Source of the DNA: Rhynchopus sp. YZ270_cl-10
Taxonomy: Eukaryota
Direction of reading: 5' to 3'
DNA length: 64,000 nucleotides
Assembly (NCBI GenBank): GCA_964035575.1
Contig: OZ037840.1
Coordinates: forward strand, 1,240,001 to 1,304,000
Shown: piece after piece, positions 47,786-59,954 of the stretch
How the letters are laid out: every line of letters begins with the position of its first letter
Numbering within the stretch: position 1 is the stretch's first letter
Position numbers and translations under genes: made by a program
The notes under the pieces: generated by a model
The model's database searches: none
What the model saw: the letters and a program-made list of their open reading frames with translations, nothing else
What the model was told of the DNA's origin: nothing

Positions 47786-49222
47786 AGGGCGAGACTGGGG
47801 AAACACAACACAAAAATACTGATGAAGGTGGTGGTGAGATTTCCCCGTAACGTCCTCAACCAACCTTGCCGAAGCAAGTGGTAAGCAATAACAACAAAAA
47901 GGGCACGTAGCAATAGATAAATGGTACGCGCAAAAAAAAAATGAATTTAGCGAAAAAGGGGGAGGGGAAAAGACTTTCTTATTCGCGACATATTTTATCC
48001 TAGAGACCCCCCTGGCGTAGCAAAGCTACTTAAACAAGTTTACAGTATGAGAGCCTGTGAGAGCTTAGTGAGAGTTAGTGAGAGCTGTGAGAGCCTGTGA
48101 GAGCTAGTGAGAGCTTGTGAGAGTCTGTGAGAGCTTACTGAGAGCTAGTGAAAAAATCTCTCCCCGTTCATAGATCACCCAAAATAGTAATTGGATGTAA
48201 ATAATAGCTGTGAATAATTATATGTAAACAATACCTGTATGTAAACAATAGCTGGGAGGGGGGTTTAGGATAAATTAACCATTTTGTAAACACGAAAGTA
48301 TTGTGCTTGCGGTCAGATAAAAGACACAGATTAGTAAGGACACAGCAGTTGGTATAATGCTGTTATGCTATTGTTCAGTTTTTGTCTCGTTTTACAACCT
48401 GACAACGGACGTGGCGAAACAAAAATAATAGGTTCTTACAGAGCAGATCAAGACGAAACTGTACGTGTATGACGTGGGTAGCGTACTAATAACCAAAAGA
48501 AAACCGACGCAGGAGCTTTTCTTGGAACTGTTTTATTCTCCCCACCCCAACAACATCACATTTCAGAAAAACATTGTTTTTTCGTTTTTGTTCACTTTCT
48601 TTTCTTCTCCCTCACACCTTTTTGCTGTGGGCAAACCTCAAATTTATTCCGCTTTGATTTTATTTATTGTCTTCACGCCCTTCTTTTCATTAGAAAAAGA
48701 ATGTATATGAAACAATTGTCTTCACGCTATATTGTTGTAGTTGGGTTGGGAAATAAAACTAAACAAAAGATGACAGGGGGTTTTTATTATTTCAAACTTG
48801 GTCGTCTCACGCGAGGATGAGCTCCATTATGTCAACGCTGTTTGGCCTGTCTGGGCAAATAGGTATTAGTAACGTGGGGGTCATGATAATTACCCCCATT
48901 TCGGAAGCACATTTTTCTTCTAGGGTTTCCCTTGAGAAACCCGCTGTTCGCTGCCTTGTTCTTCTGCTCCAAATGCCATCATCTCTCTTACCGACAACCC
49001 GGTTTATAATCGACAAAAACTCTCTGTGCCCGTTGAACTACACTTAAAACAAGGTAGCAAAAAATAAAATCTATCACACTGACCACTTTTACGATACCCC
49101 ACCCTTGCTGGAGCGACGTTTGCAAACACAAACCTAGGTACGGAGTGTGATGTCACCCAAACCACGCCCACCACAGGAGGCTCATATTCCCTCAACCCAC
49201 CTGCCCACACACAGCCCCCAAC

Positions 49223-52165
49223 ATGGTGCACTCATGTGTGCCCGTGCTGCTGCTTGCACTGCTGTGTGGCGCTGACGCTGCCCTGAAGAAGCCGATCCGC
49301 CTGATCGGTGTCTTCGCCACGTCGCCGCCGGTCGCACCGCACGACCAAGTCTGGAACGCTCTTGTGCCGTGCGAGCGCATTGTGACTGAGGGTGACGACG
49401 ACTGCTACAAGGGCGGCTTCCCTGGGGTGGCTGCGTGGATGGAGCACTATTCACAGGACGTGCGTGGGACCATCAAAGTGACAACGCCAGATTACAAGTC
49501 CCGCATGATCTTTGGACATCCCCTTGGCCTGGATCTGAACTACGAGATCTGGGACAGGCTTGGTGTCGACTTCGCCACATTGAGGGCAGAGCTCTTGATG
49601 ACGCGAGCCCCAGACGCATCCGTTGTGGAGAACTTTGTTGCAAACATGAAACAGCCAATGATCCTGACGGACCTTGCTATTCAGGACAACTTTGTCTACC
49701 TTCTGGGCCTGCTGACCATGTGGCATGTGAAGGTGATTGACGGTGTGCAGATCGGTGTGATCGTGCTGTGGTCCGAGACTTACCTCGGACGTCGTGGTCA
49801 GTCCATACCCCACAACAAGCTCATCCCCGTGGTGACAACAAGGCTGCGTGCCCAGGGTGTGGCACAGATCGTGGTGCTGCGCCTTGGTTATGCGGGTGTG
49901 GAGGACGAGATGCAGCAACTGACGACGTACGACGTGGACGTGGTTATCACGGACGTTGTTGCGGGGACAGACTTTGCTTCGAACGGGACGTCTGTTCTGT
50001 ATGTAAGTGTTCAGAAAGACGGGGCAGCTGCGTACCCAATCGTGACGTTGGACTTGACCGAAGAAGTGGACGGGTCGAAGTGGTACTACAGTGCAACGGA
50101 GGTGAGTGCACGTGACCTGCCTGTTCCTGTGACGGACGCACGCTTTGCAGCAAACCTTGCCTGGATGCAAGAGCAGATTGTGCTGAGCCAGACAAACAAC
50201 TACGTGGTTGCAACGTCGACAGCAGTGATGCCGTCCATCAATGAGGAAGGGTTCTACAACTGCCGTGGGGGTGACTGTGAGTTGGGCAAGATGACTGCAG
50301 ATGCGATGCGTGAGTGGGCAGGGACGGACCTGGCAATGATAAACGGTGGTGCCCTGCGTGGTGTTGGGTGGGAGAAGGGTCTGATCAAGCGCAGTGCTTT
50401 GTGGGGCACGTACCCTTTTGCGAACCTTCTGTGCAAGGTGAACATGTCCGGCACTGTGCTGCTGGATTTCATGAACCGCGGAGTGAGTGCACTACTTCCG
50501 GACGGAACACGAGACAAGACGACACCCATCGGTCTGTACCCACAGATGAGTGGGATGCGGTTCACCATCAACCCCAGCCTCCCCGAACGTCGTGTTGTTT
50601 CGATTGATGTGCTCACACCCACAGGGGTGTACAAGGCACTGCAGAAGCGTAAGTTGTACTCCATTGTCCTCCCAGAGTTCATTGCAGGTGGTGGTGACGG
50701 GTACGGGATGCTTCCCACGAACCAGCACGACGGGTCGGAAGGCTGTGGTATCGACACTGCACTGGAGGTGACAGAGACGTACCTGAAGGCTGCATCGATT
50801 TACACTCCGTCCTTGGGTGACAGAATGAGTCTCAACATGGCTGGGAGTGCACTGATGATGACGAACCACACGAAGTACAACTGCACAGAGAACCAGAAGT
50901 ACGACGCATACTGGCAGCACTGCGAGGACTGCCCTGAAGGCTTCTGGAACCCAGACAGGGACAGACCTGCGTGTGTGGAGAAGCTTCCGAGTGAGGTGGA
51001 CATCGGGATGATCCTTGGCATCGTGTTTGGTGTTCTTGCCCTGCTTGCGATCCCGATTGCGTGGAAGATGACAGAGAAGCAGCGCCGCATCAACGCGCTC
51101 TTCAACAACAACAAGATTGCAGAGGAGTGTGCCATTGCGGTTATGGACCTCCGTCTTGGCGACCTTGACTACCTCCACGAGCTGGAGAAGCCGAACACGA
51201 TCCAGTCTGCGTTTATTGCCATCACGAAGCAGATGAAGGTGTACATGGAGTTTATGCCCAAGAATTTGATTGCGAATTGTCAAGCAAGTGGTTCCGAATC
51301 AGGCTCGATTGAGCTTTCACGCTGCGTATCTTCTCGGTCGGAGAACGCGGGCAGTAGGGAGAGCAGGGATGAACGATCGAGGAGTAGCTCTGTGATGCAG
51401 GCGAAGGGGAGCCATAAGCTGACCACGACCTTCCTCAGGAAGAAGCACATCACGGCACTCGCACTGAACAGCAGGGGGCACCTCCAGAGCATGAATGGTG
51501 ACGTCCTGGCGAAGCATTCGCAGTTTCTCGAGAAGGTCACGACCATCATTACTGCGCACAAAGGCATTGCCGAGATACTGAGCGGCGACAGGATGCTTGC
51601 CATGTGGAACACTGTGAACGACACTACCGGCCAAGCTGCGCACTCCTGCGATGCTGCGCTTGCACTGCGGTTGGTACAGGACGGTGTCACAGCGAACGTC
51701 GGCATTGTAAAGGGCTCTGCACAGTTCGGGCTGTTTGGCGGTCAAGGCACCAAGCGGTACGATGTGCTGGGCAGCGTGATCCCATCCGCATCGCTGCTGA
51801 TGGTCCTGAACAAGCAGTACAACACTTCCATCCTGACCGCACCCGTGCTGCAGAAAGAGGCTGGCAGTTTCTTCTACTTCAGGATTGTGGACTATGTTTG
51901 CTACACGAAGATGGATGGAGCTGCCTGCTTTGTGCTCGAGCTTGTATCTCGCAAGGAAACAGGCGGTGAGGAGTGGATGTACGAGCTGGAGGATGCCAAT
52001 GGGAAGGACCCGTGTTCCACACTAAATGATGCATGGAGGCAATACATCAAGGAAGGCAAGCTGACAAGCAGCGCCGGGGTGACTGGTGTTCTCGCCGAGA
52101 TCATGGCCGGCACACCACCTCAAGGTGAGTATGTCGCTCCTTCTGCGCCCCTGAGCCTGATGTGA
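49223..52165 (+). CDS. Paralog of 24513-27419: 5'-nucleotidase-like receptor with a different degenerate cyclase tail (980 aa)
   Basis: Near-identical to the first copy up to MKVYMEFMPKN (~51260), then clearly diverged; upstream DNA is also duplicated from ~48416. Confidence 0.9.
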   Translation: MVHSCVPVLLLALLCGADAALKKPIRLIGVFATSPPVAPHDQVWNALVPCERIVTEGDDDCYKGGFPGVAAWMEHYSQDVRGTIKVTTPDYKSRMIFGHPLGLDLNYEIWDRLGVDFATLRAELLMTRAPDASVVENFVANMKQPMILTDLAIQDNFVYLLGLLTMWHVKVIDGVQIGVIVLWSETYLGRRGQSIPHNKLIPVVTTRLRAQGVAQIVVLRLGYAGVEDEMQQLTTYDVDVVITDVVAGTDFASNGTSVLYVSVQKDGAAAYPIVTLDLTEEVDGSKWYYSATEVSARDLPVPVTDARFAANLAWMQEQIVLSQTNNYVVATSTAVMPSINEEGFYNCRGGDCELGKMTADAMREWAGTDLAMINGGALRGVGWEKGLIKRSALWGTYPFANLLCKVNMSGTVLLDFMNRGVSALLPDGTRDKTTPIGLYPQMSGMRFTINPSLPERRVVSIDVLTPTGVYKALQKRKLYSIVLPEFIAGGGDGYGMLPTNQHDGSEGCGIDTALEVTETYLKAASIYTPSLGDRMSLNMAGSALMMTNHTKYNCTENQKYDAYWQHCEDCPEGFWNPDRDRPACVEKLPSEVDIGMILGIVFGVLALLAIPIAWKMTEKQRRINALFNNNKIAEECAIAVMDLRLGDLDYLHELEKPNTIQSAFIAITKQMKVYMEFMPKNLIANCQASGSESGSIELSRCVSSRSENAGSRESRDERSRSSSVMQAKGSHKLTTTFLRKKHITALALNSRGHLQSMNGDVLAKHSQFLEKVTTIITAHKGIAEILSGDRMLAMWNTVNDTTGQAAHSCDAALALRLVQDGVTANVGIVKGSAQFGLFGGQGTKRYDVLGSVIPSASLLMVLNKQYNTSILTAPVLQKEAGSFFYFRIVDYVCYTKMDGAACFVLELVSRKETGGEEWMYELEDANGKDPCSTLNDAWRQYIKEGKLTSSAGVTGVLAEIMAGTPPQGEYVAPSAPLSLM

Positions 52166-52419
52166 AGTTTGTGGCAGGGCCATACTTATCACTAAATATG
52201 CCGTTTTTCCCGAAAATTTTTAGAATCCCAGGAGGGTCATAGATGGTAGTCGGCCCGAGTCGGGCCTAGTTTTTGGAAAATCTGGGACTCGGGCCGACTT
52301 TTTTGTGGAAGCGTGCAATGCAACAAACGGTCGAGATCTGATCAAGCGAAACGGATATATTTTTTTCCCCAAAATGGTGTGATTTTTCTAAAAAAAAAGG
52401 TGTAAAAAACACGGGTTGC

Positions 52420-52545
52420 CTACGATCGTAGTACGATCGTTTACGATCGTACCAAAAAACGATCGTAACGATCGTAAAATATCGTACTACGATCAACTAC
52501 GATCGTACTACGATCGTAAACGATCGTAGTACGATCGTAGTACGT
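52420..52545. repeat. Tandem palindromic ACGATCGT(A) array
   Basis: About ten TACGATCGTA/AACGATCGT units. Confidence 0.85.
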
Positions 52546-54675
52546 TTGCCAAACGAAATAACGAATATCGCTTGAAATACCGTTCGATATTCCTTGCATG
52601 GTGTGCATGAAGCACACACAAGGTATATCAAACGATAATCAATCAGATAAAACGTTACATCATTGGAAAATTGTTGGCACCGCCGCCCTGTCTTCGTATT
52701 TATTACGTCGACAGGCCAAACAACGTTGGGCTCAGAAGAAGCAGTGCTTAGACAGTCACTGGGGATCAACATGAGAACCAACTCCCAACAACACAGGCTA
52801 CCGAAGTAGCACGTGGGGTGTTGCGGGTGTTTGGGGTGAAAGAAAATCGATTTTGGTAAGTTCCAGCAGAAAATTCTTAAGTTTGCACTAGTCGAGAAGG
52901 GTTACCACTGCTCACCGAGCGGTGCACCCATTTAAGGGTGGAGAAGCGTGACACGCACATACAAGTATGCATGTTACTTCAACAAAGGCTGAATTCTGGT
53001 AATTCTAAGGGATGTGAATTACAGCCACCACATGGTTGTCATTAGGTTACTACCTTCGTCGTAGATGTATACAAAGGTTTCGCCCCCTTCTCTTTCATGC
53101 AAACTTAAGAAAATCCTGAAGTAACTACAACCTGGCGTGCGGGTACAGATGCATTGCTTTGTTCTTTCCTCAAAGTCATGTGTGATCTCTCGGGTCTGTA
53201 CTAAAGTCAGTGTTTAGATAAGCATCCACTTGACTCGTTCTAACAACCGTTGAAATCTAGAACAAAACAATACACTGCCCCTTCTCACACCAAGCCGCCA
53301 TGCTTCAAGAGCATGCCCTGGGCAAAAATTACTGTGACAAAATTAGTTTTCTGGGGGAACGCAATATTTTATTGTGCCCAGTCCTCCGCAAGCAGAGGAC
53401 AGACTTTCCGGATCCCGAAGTCGAATTTCTTGCACTAGCTATGCTCCCTGGGTTAATGGCTATAGCAGTGACTGACAGAGTGTTCCCACTCCCCTTTCCA
53501 CCCCATATGTTCGCTCGTTCTGCACAGTTGGTTCTCGATGTTGCACTCGCGATACCTGTTTAAAAGTGAAGTTGTGAGTGGTGGGGAATTTAAAGAAGGT
53601 GATTTCTTTAAAAAATAAGTTGGCCTGAGGGTGTAAAATATTGTTATGGAGACTTTTTGGAGGAAATACGAGTCGACGGCCTTATTTTGTTGAATATTCA
53701 CCAGAAAGTTAAACATATTTACATACCTTGTCTTGCGCCTTCGCTGCTGTCAAGGTGCCTTCTCTGGGTACCCAGTACCCAGTACCCATAATACCCAAAA
53801 TAATTTAGGATAATACCCACTGGGTATTATCCTTTTTTTTATTTGTTTCAATACTCCAAGGAATTTGCTAAGGAAAAGTCGATATTGTGCAGTAGTGCAT
53901 ATGGTTTACCCCCAGATCGTCAAAACACCCGATTTTTGCGTTTTTTTGCACTTTTTGGTGCCCAAAAACCCAACTCAGGGGTCGAAATTTTCCCGAAAAA
54001 AAAAATTTTTTTTTTGAGATTTTTCGATTTTTTGACAAGGCGCTGGCCCATACAAAATGCACTGGTGGTACAGAAAATGACTGGGGAATTAACTCTAGAT
54101 GCACAAAACAGCCCAATTCTTGCTTTTTTTGACTTTTTGGTCCCAGAAGGGTACCTAAAAACTGGGTACTGGGAAAAAACTGGGTACCCAGTACACAGTA
54201 CCCAGTACCCAGTACCAAGGCAAGGGGCCGATGGAGGGTTCCAAGACGGCAGTAGCCTGTGACACTATGTTATGGGAAGGTGGGATACCAGCTTGCGCCG
54301 CAGGCGCACGGTACGCTACTTTTATTGTTTCGGCGTATCCTTTTTTCTCACTCTTCGTTGGGTTCCACGAGCTCCGCCCGTCAAATGGTGGGGTGTAAAA
54401 TGCGCATCTACGCAAACTGCCCCACGTTCATTTTGTACTTTTCCTTCAGGAGTCAAGTACTGACCATACTTTGCACACAAAACTTGAAAATGGCCTGTAA
54501 AAACTGACACATGCATTTTAGGTCAAAAATACTCATTTCTGAGCGCAAAGTGACCCCATCACAGCACGCACAGGCTCCGGTGCACCGAAACAGGGTTCTA
54601 TACAGGTCCGGTCACTCGGTCGGTCTGACCGAGTCAGACGTTGACTCGGTCAGCCGTTTTTTTTTTTTTTTTTTT

Positions 54676-54877
54676 ACGCTCCGTCCCAAATTTTTGTCCA
54701 CACATACGATAAAGTAATAGTTACTCCACTAAATAAATCGAGCAAAAATATGGTGAACTCAGCGGAGCCCGGTTTTAAAAGTGCCAAAAACGACCTTTTC
54801 GTTTTGACGCATTGTGACTTCCTCAAATGCACTTTTCAAGGGTAAAAAATTCGGGTTTTCTAAGCACAACCAGTGTT
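54676..54877 (+). repeat. ~200-bp direct repeat, second copy at ~58536-58738
   Basis: TACGCTCCGTCCCAAATTTTTG...AACCAGTGTT is near-identical in both copies. Confidence 0.9.
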
Positions 54878-54933
54878 AAGTCAAAAATTTTCGCGAAAAA
54901 AAAAATAGATTTTTCTCAACTGAGGAAAAGTAG

Positions 54934-56800
54934 GGGAAAATGACTATAACACCCACGTTACTAATACCCATTTACGATAATACCCACTGGGTATTATCGT
55001 AAACTTTTTGGGTATTATCGTAAAGTTTTTGGGTATTATCGTAAACTATTTGGGTATTACCCAGGTACCCAGGTACGATGTGATTTAGCTGGCTACTCGC
55101 GCAAGGTATCAGAGGCGCTCGCACGCTGGTGAATGTGCAGACAAGGTATGGTTTCATCGACCCCAGAGAAAATACAATTTTCACTAAATATATGGGGGGG
55201 GGTTTTTTTTTACACAACTTTTTGCATCCCTGTCTTACATCCTCAAATTCAGGGTAACCATTTTTCTTGACAATTAACAATTAATCTTTCTCCAAGCGAC
55301 GTAACTTAATTACACCCACATTTACACTCATCACAGGATCGCGAAATCTGAACTGCATCAGCGATTGCGCTTCTCCGTCTCCGACATTCTACACCTCAAC
55401 ATACGAAGACCTGGGTGGGAACATTTAGTCAGTCACTGCTATAGCCATTAACCCAGGGAGCATAGCTAGTGCAAGAAATTCGACTTTGGCAACCTTCCGG
55501 AAAGTCTGTCCTCTGCTCGCGGAGGACTAGACACAAGAAAATATTGCGTTCCCCCAGAAAACCAGTGCACATTTCACACTCCTTGTGGGTGGTCTTGTTG
55601 CCTTTTCGTCATAGTAATTTTGGCCCAGGCATGTTCTTGAAGCATGACAATTTAGTGTGTATGGGGCAGGGTGTTGTTTTGTTCTGAATTCTCTTTGTTA
55701 TAACATCTAAGTCAATCGCGGGTGGTGGTGTGTGTAGCGTGAGGCACTCTTTTTAGCAAACTTCCTGCGGCTGCTAAAGTGTTATTTCTTCGGATTTAAC
55801 AACGTACAGCGTAACATAGTGGTTTAGCCTGGTCGACACAACCTTTGATAGATATGGGATAACCAACCCCCTTCGACCCCTTGTGGGTTCACTGAACAAG
55901 CCCTAGTGGTAGTTAAACGCGATTGACATTTACATTCCTAGAGATGAAAGAACAAGACAACACTTCTGTACCCGCGCATCAAAATTGTGGAAAACTTTGC
56001 ACCCCAAACACCCTCAACAACGCCCGCCAAAAGGCGCCCCTTGTTGCTGGGAGTTGGTTCTCATGATACCTGCACAGCGGGCATTCCTCTGAGTCCAACG
56101 CATGTTTGGCCTGTCTGCGGCGTTGTACTTAAGGTGCACGAAGACAGGGTCTGGTGGTAAATTTTGCGTAGTACTGCGACGTGGTACTGCGTGGGTCTGG
56201 GAATATGGGTACCTGGGTACAGGATATTGGTTGTGTAAGACATCTTCCACCATGCATTGAGGAGGGTAAGACAGTGTTCGCAGTTTCTACCTGATAGCAT
56301 TACAACATTTAACTTCTCCACGGGGGTCTTGGGCCGTTCACTCGGTTCTACCTTGACTACCGGAAGATATTCTTGAGGCCTTTTTGGTCTCTAGAATATC
56401 CGGTCTTCCCGAACGGAGGCACACTTTGTGTGTTACTACGACCTGGCAATTTCCAGCAGTAGGTTAAGTAATCTTTCTTGTAAATTGTTGGATCATTATC
56501 TCCTCAGTGCATGAATGCCCCATGTGACTGGACACTTTTGTGTTTGTCATGTGGAGCTGTGGTTGCTCTTTCACGACTTTTTTCCTGTTCCTGGGTACCT
56601 GTTCCTGGACCTGGACCTGGGTACCTGGGTGCCTGGGTGCCTGGGTACTACCCAACCTGGGTAATACCCAAAAAGTTTACGATAATACCCAAAAAGTTTA
56701 CGATAATACCCAAAACTAATACCCAATAAGTTTACGATAATACCCAGTGGGTATTATCGTAAATGGGTATTAGTAACGTGGGTGTTATGATAATTACCCC
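54934..56800. mobile_element. TIR element with 9-bp TSD (Mutator- or Merlin-like), nested in another TIR element (~54911-57328)
   Basis: Imperfect terminal and long subterminal inverted repeats (ACCCACGTTACTAATACCCATTTACGATAATACCC); TSD GAAAAGTAG at 54925-54933 and 56801-56809; empty site visible in reverse at ~57280-57328. Confidence 0.82.
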
Positions 56801-57329
56801 GAAAAGTAGCTCTGAGCAAACCCCGTGGAAGAAGTGTGAGGATAAATTCACTTTTCCTCACACATAGCCACTTTTCCTCACGCAATTTGGAAAAGTAGCA
56901 ATAATTATTGGCTGGGGTTTGTGTAGAAAAAAGCCTATGTGTGAGGCTTTTTTTGGTGTGAGGAAAAGTAGAGGGGGGGTCGAAAAAAAAATTGGGTGGG
57001 AGAGTGGGTCATTTTGATATCTCTGCTTCACATTTTGTCACCGTGACCAACATGACCATTTTTTGGTCCATTTTTTCGGCCAAAAATTTGGTACCACAGG
57101 GCTATACCATATACTGGGATTATCAATATTTTGAACATACGGCCTGGTATTCGGGCCAAAATGTCCCATGGAGCCTTACTGGGTGTCGAGCAGAGCCAAT
57201 CTTAATAGTGAAATTCGATTTTCTGTGAAAAATATTCCCACCAAAAAATCGTCTTTTTTTTCTGCATATTCAACCCACACTTCTTCCACGGGGTTTGCTT
57301 AGAGCTACTTTTCCTTCAGTTGAGAAAAC

Positions 57330-57530
57330 TATTATATTCTGGTGAAATATTCACTTTCCCTCCACTCGTGCCCTTTCAGAAACTCGTGGCTGACTTTATC
57401 CCACTCGCTTCGCTCGTGAGATAAAGTCTATTACCCCACTCGCTTCGCTCGTGGGGTAAAATGCCACTCGTTTCTGAAAGGTACACTCGTGTGAGGAAAA
57501 GTGAATATTTCCTCAGACGAATAAATAGCT
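57330..57530. mobile_element. Small foldback MITE with two CACTCGCTTCGCTCGTG motifs
   Basis: Imperfect ~60-bp inverted arms (GAAATATTCACTTT...TTTCAGAAAC / GTTTCTGAAAGG...AAAGTGAATATTTC). Confidence 0.65.
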
Positions 57531-58212
57531 ATTTTTTGACTCTAGATGCCGGAACCCAGAAACGTCCATTCGAGCATTTTTTTTTTGGTTTTGTCACACC
57601 CTGCAGGGGACATTGGTAGTTTGAGATTTTGAAAAAAAAGCCGGTGTGAGCCAAAAAAGCCGGTGTGAGGCAATTTTTTTTCCCCCACGCATTTTTGGCA
57701 GAGGCCTCCACAACTCTTTCCCCTCTGCGCCCTTGTCTAACCATATGACATCAAAACTTTTCTGGCGAAGCCACGGTACGCAACATTTCAAAAATTGTGA
57801 CATCGCACGCTTTTATAGCCAAACTATGGTAAAGGTAGATGTGACTATGGCATAGGGTAGAGCTGTGTGCTACCGCTTGTAATTTTTAGCGCCGCAGGCG
57901 CACGGTACGCTACTTTTTTATGAGAGTTGCGAACATCTATTTCTTTTGATTGAACGGACCGATTGGTCTTTATGGTGGGGTCACATGCACATAAGAAACC
58001 GCTACAGATGTGGTTGTAGCCTTGTATGAGGAGATAAAATTCAGAAAAAAATTCAAAAATCCGCCTTTTTCTTTTTTTTTTTTTTTTTCTCAAAATCCCA
58101 CACCGGCTTATCCGGTGTGGCCACACCGGCACACCGGCATACTAATGTCCCCTGACACCCTGTGCCCGCCAGGCATAGTCTGTACAAAGTGATTTTTACC
58201 TGGATTTTTGCC

Positions 58213-58522
58213 TGTATTTTCCTTACTGGGGGGGGGGCGAATAAGAGATGTGGCATCTCTTATTAGGCGAACGGACGAGCCAGAAATAAAAAAAAATTTT
58301 TGGGGGAAAAAAAGCAAAAAGACATTTTCGCCGGAGGCAAAAAAAATATTTTGACCACTTTTTTGCCAGACCGGGTAGACAGGGTAAAATTTCAAAAAAA
58401 AAATTCAAGATAAAACCCTGGCGCATGCAAAAAAAAAAAAAAAAAAATACCCCCAAAATCTCAACCTGATCTCTTATTCGGCCCTGATCTCTTATTCGCC
58501 CCCCCCCAGTAAGGAAAATACA
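58213..58522. mobile_element. MITE with G-rich TIRs
   Basis: TGTATTTTCCTTACTG(n)CGAATAAGAGAT at the left end and its reverse complement at the right end. Confidence 0.75.
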
Positions 58523-59954
58523 TAGGGAATTATCGTACGCTCCGTCCCAAATTTTTGTCCACACATACGATAAAGTAATAGTTACTCCACTAAATAAATC
58601 GAGCAAAAATATGGTGAACTCAGCGGAGCCCGGTTTTAAAAGTGCCAAAAACGACCTTTTCGTTTTGACGCATTGTGACTTCCTCAAATGCACTTTTCAA
58701 GGGTAAAAAAATCGGGTTTTCTAAGCACAACCAGTGTTCCCCCCAAAACCATTGTACCACCACCTGATTTCGCCACCTGTACCACATGTAACTTACATGT
58801 AGTACATGTTATATTACCACATAACACCCGTTACTTTAGTCGTCGTGTACCCTGAAGGTGCCACCGTGTGTCTCTGTGTGTACCACCAAAAAACCGCTTA
58901 GGGCCGTTAAAAAATGACCCCCCCTTATGGGGTGTCCCGGCGGTACCACACTAACACCCACCTACACACACTTTCATCCCATTTCACCCCATTACACATG
59001 AATTACAACGCCTTGGTCTTTACTAAAGAGATGTGCGGACGACACCCAAGAAATCGACATTTTTCGCGATAGTTGGTACTCCAAAAATTTGCCGGAACCG
59101 AAAATCGTGTAGTTTGGGGGTATTGAGGCCAGAAAAAAATTGTGTGAATAGGAGGTACCCTAACTGTTCGGTCCAATTCGGTGTAATTCGGTCCATTTCG
59201 TTTTTTTTTTTTTTTTCGCAAAGGGAAATTTCCCCTTGTACCAGAAAAACCGAAAAAAACGAAATGAAAACCGAAAAAAACCGAAATGTTAGGGTACCTT
59301 TTTTGGTCGATTTCGTTTTTTTTCCAAAGGGGGGACCCTTTGGTCGCCGAAATTCCCCAGCCAAATTTGGTCGCAAAATCGGCCGATTTTTCAAAAATCT
59401 CAAAAAAAAACAAGTAATTGCTATCGGAAAAAAAACGGGGTGTGGTGTGGAACTCCATCCTGTAGAAATAATCTACAACACGCCCAGCATTCTGCTCTTC
59501 TGCAGGTATGCTAACGCTCTTCGTACGCTGCCAGACCCACTGGCACGCCAGCATCTGAAACGTTCAAGAAGGGGGGCTGTCCTCTTCGTCCAGCACCATC
59601 TGCTCGATAGCGTTGTTGGACGCCCGCTCGGCAGGCTCGGCGTGGTCCAGCTCGTTTTTGCCCACAGGCTCCCCACATTGTCGTCGTCGTTGGAGCAGTG
59701 CGGAAGGAACACAGAATGCACAGACTACAACACATCGATCACACCAGGCGCATCAGCACCTCCAGCAAATCGCCAGGATGCTACTGTGGTTTCGAAAATC
59801 GCGCGGAGTTTTCCACAGCACACCCGTTTTTCCTTAGCAATTACTTGTCCTTGTTGTTATTGTTGTTTTCAACCACCTTCCTTCAACCCTTGTAGGATCA
59901 GTTGTTATTTTTTTCGCGAAAACATGAAATTACACATTTCAAGAGAACAAATTA

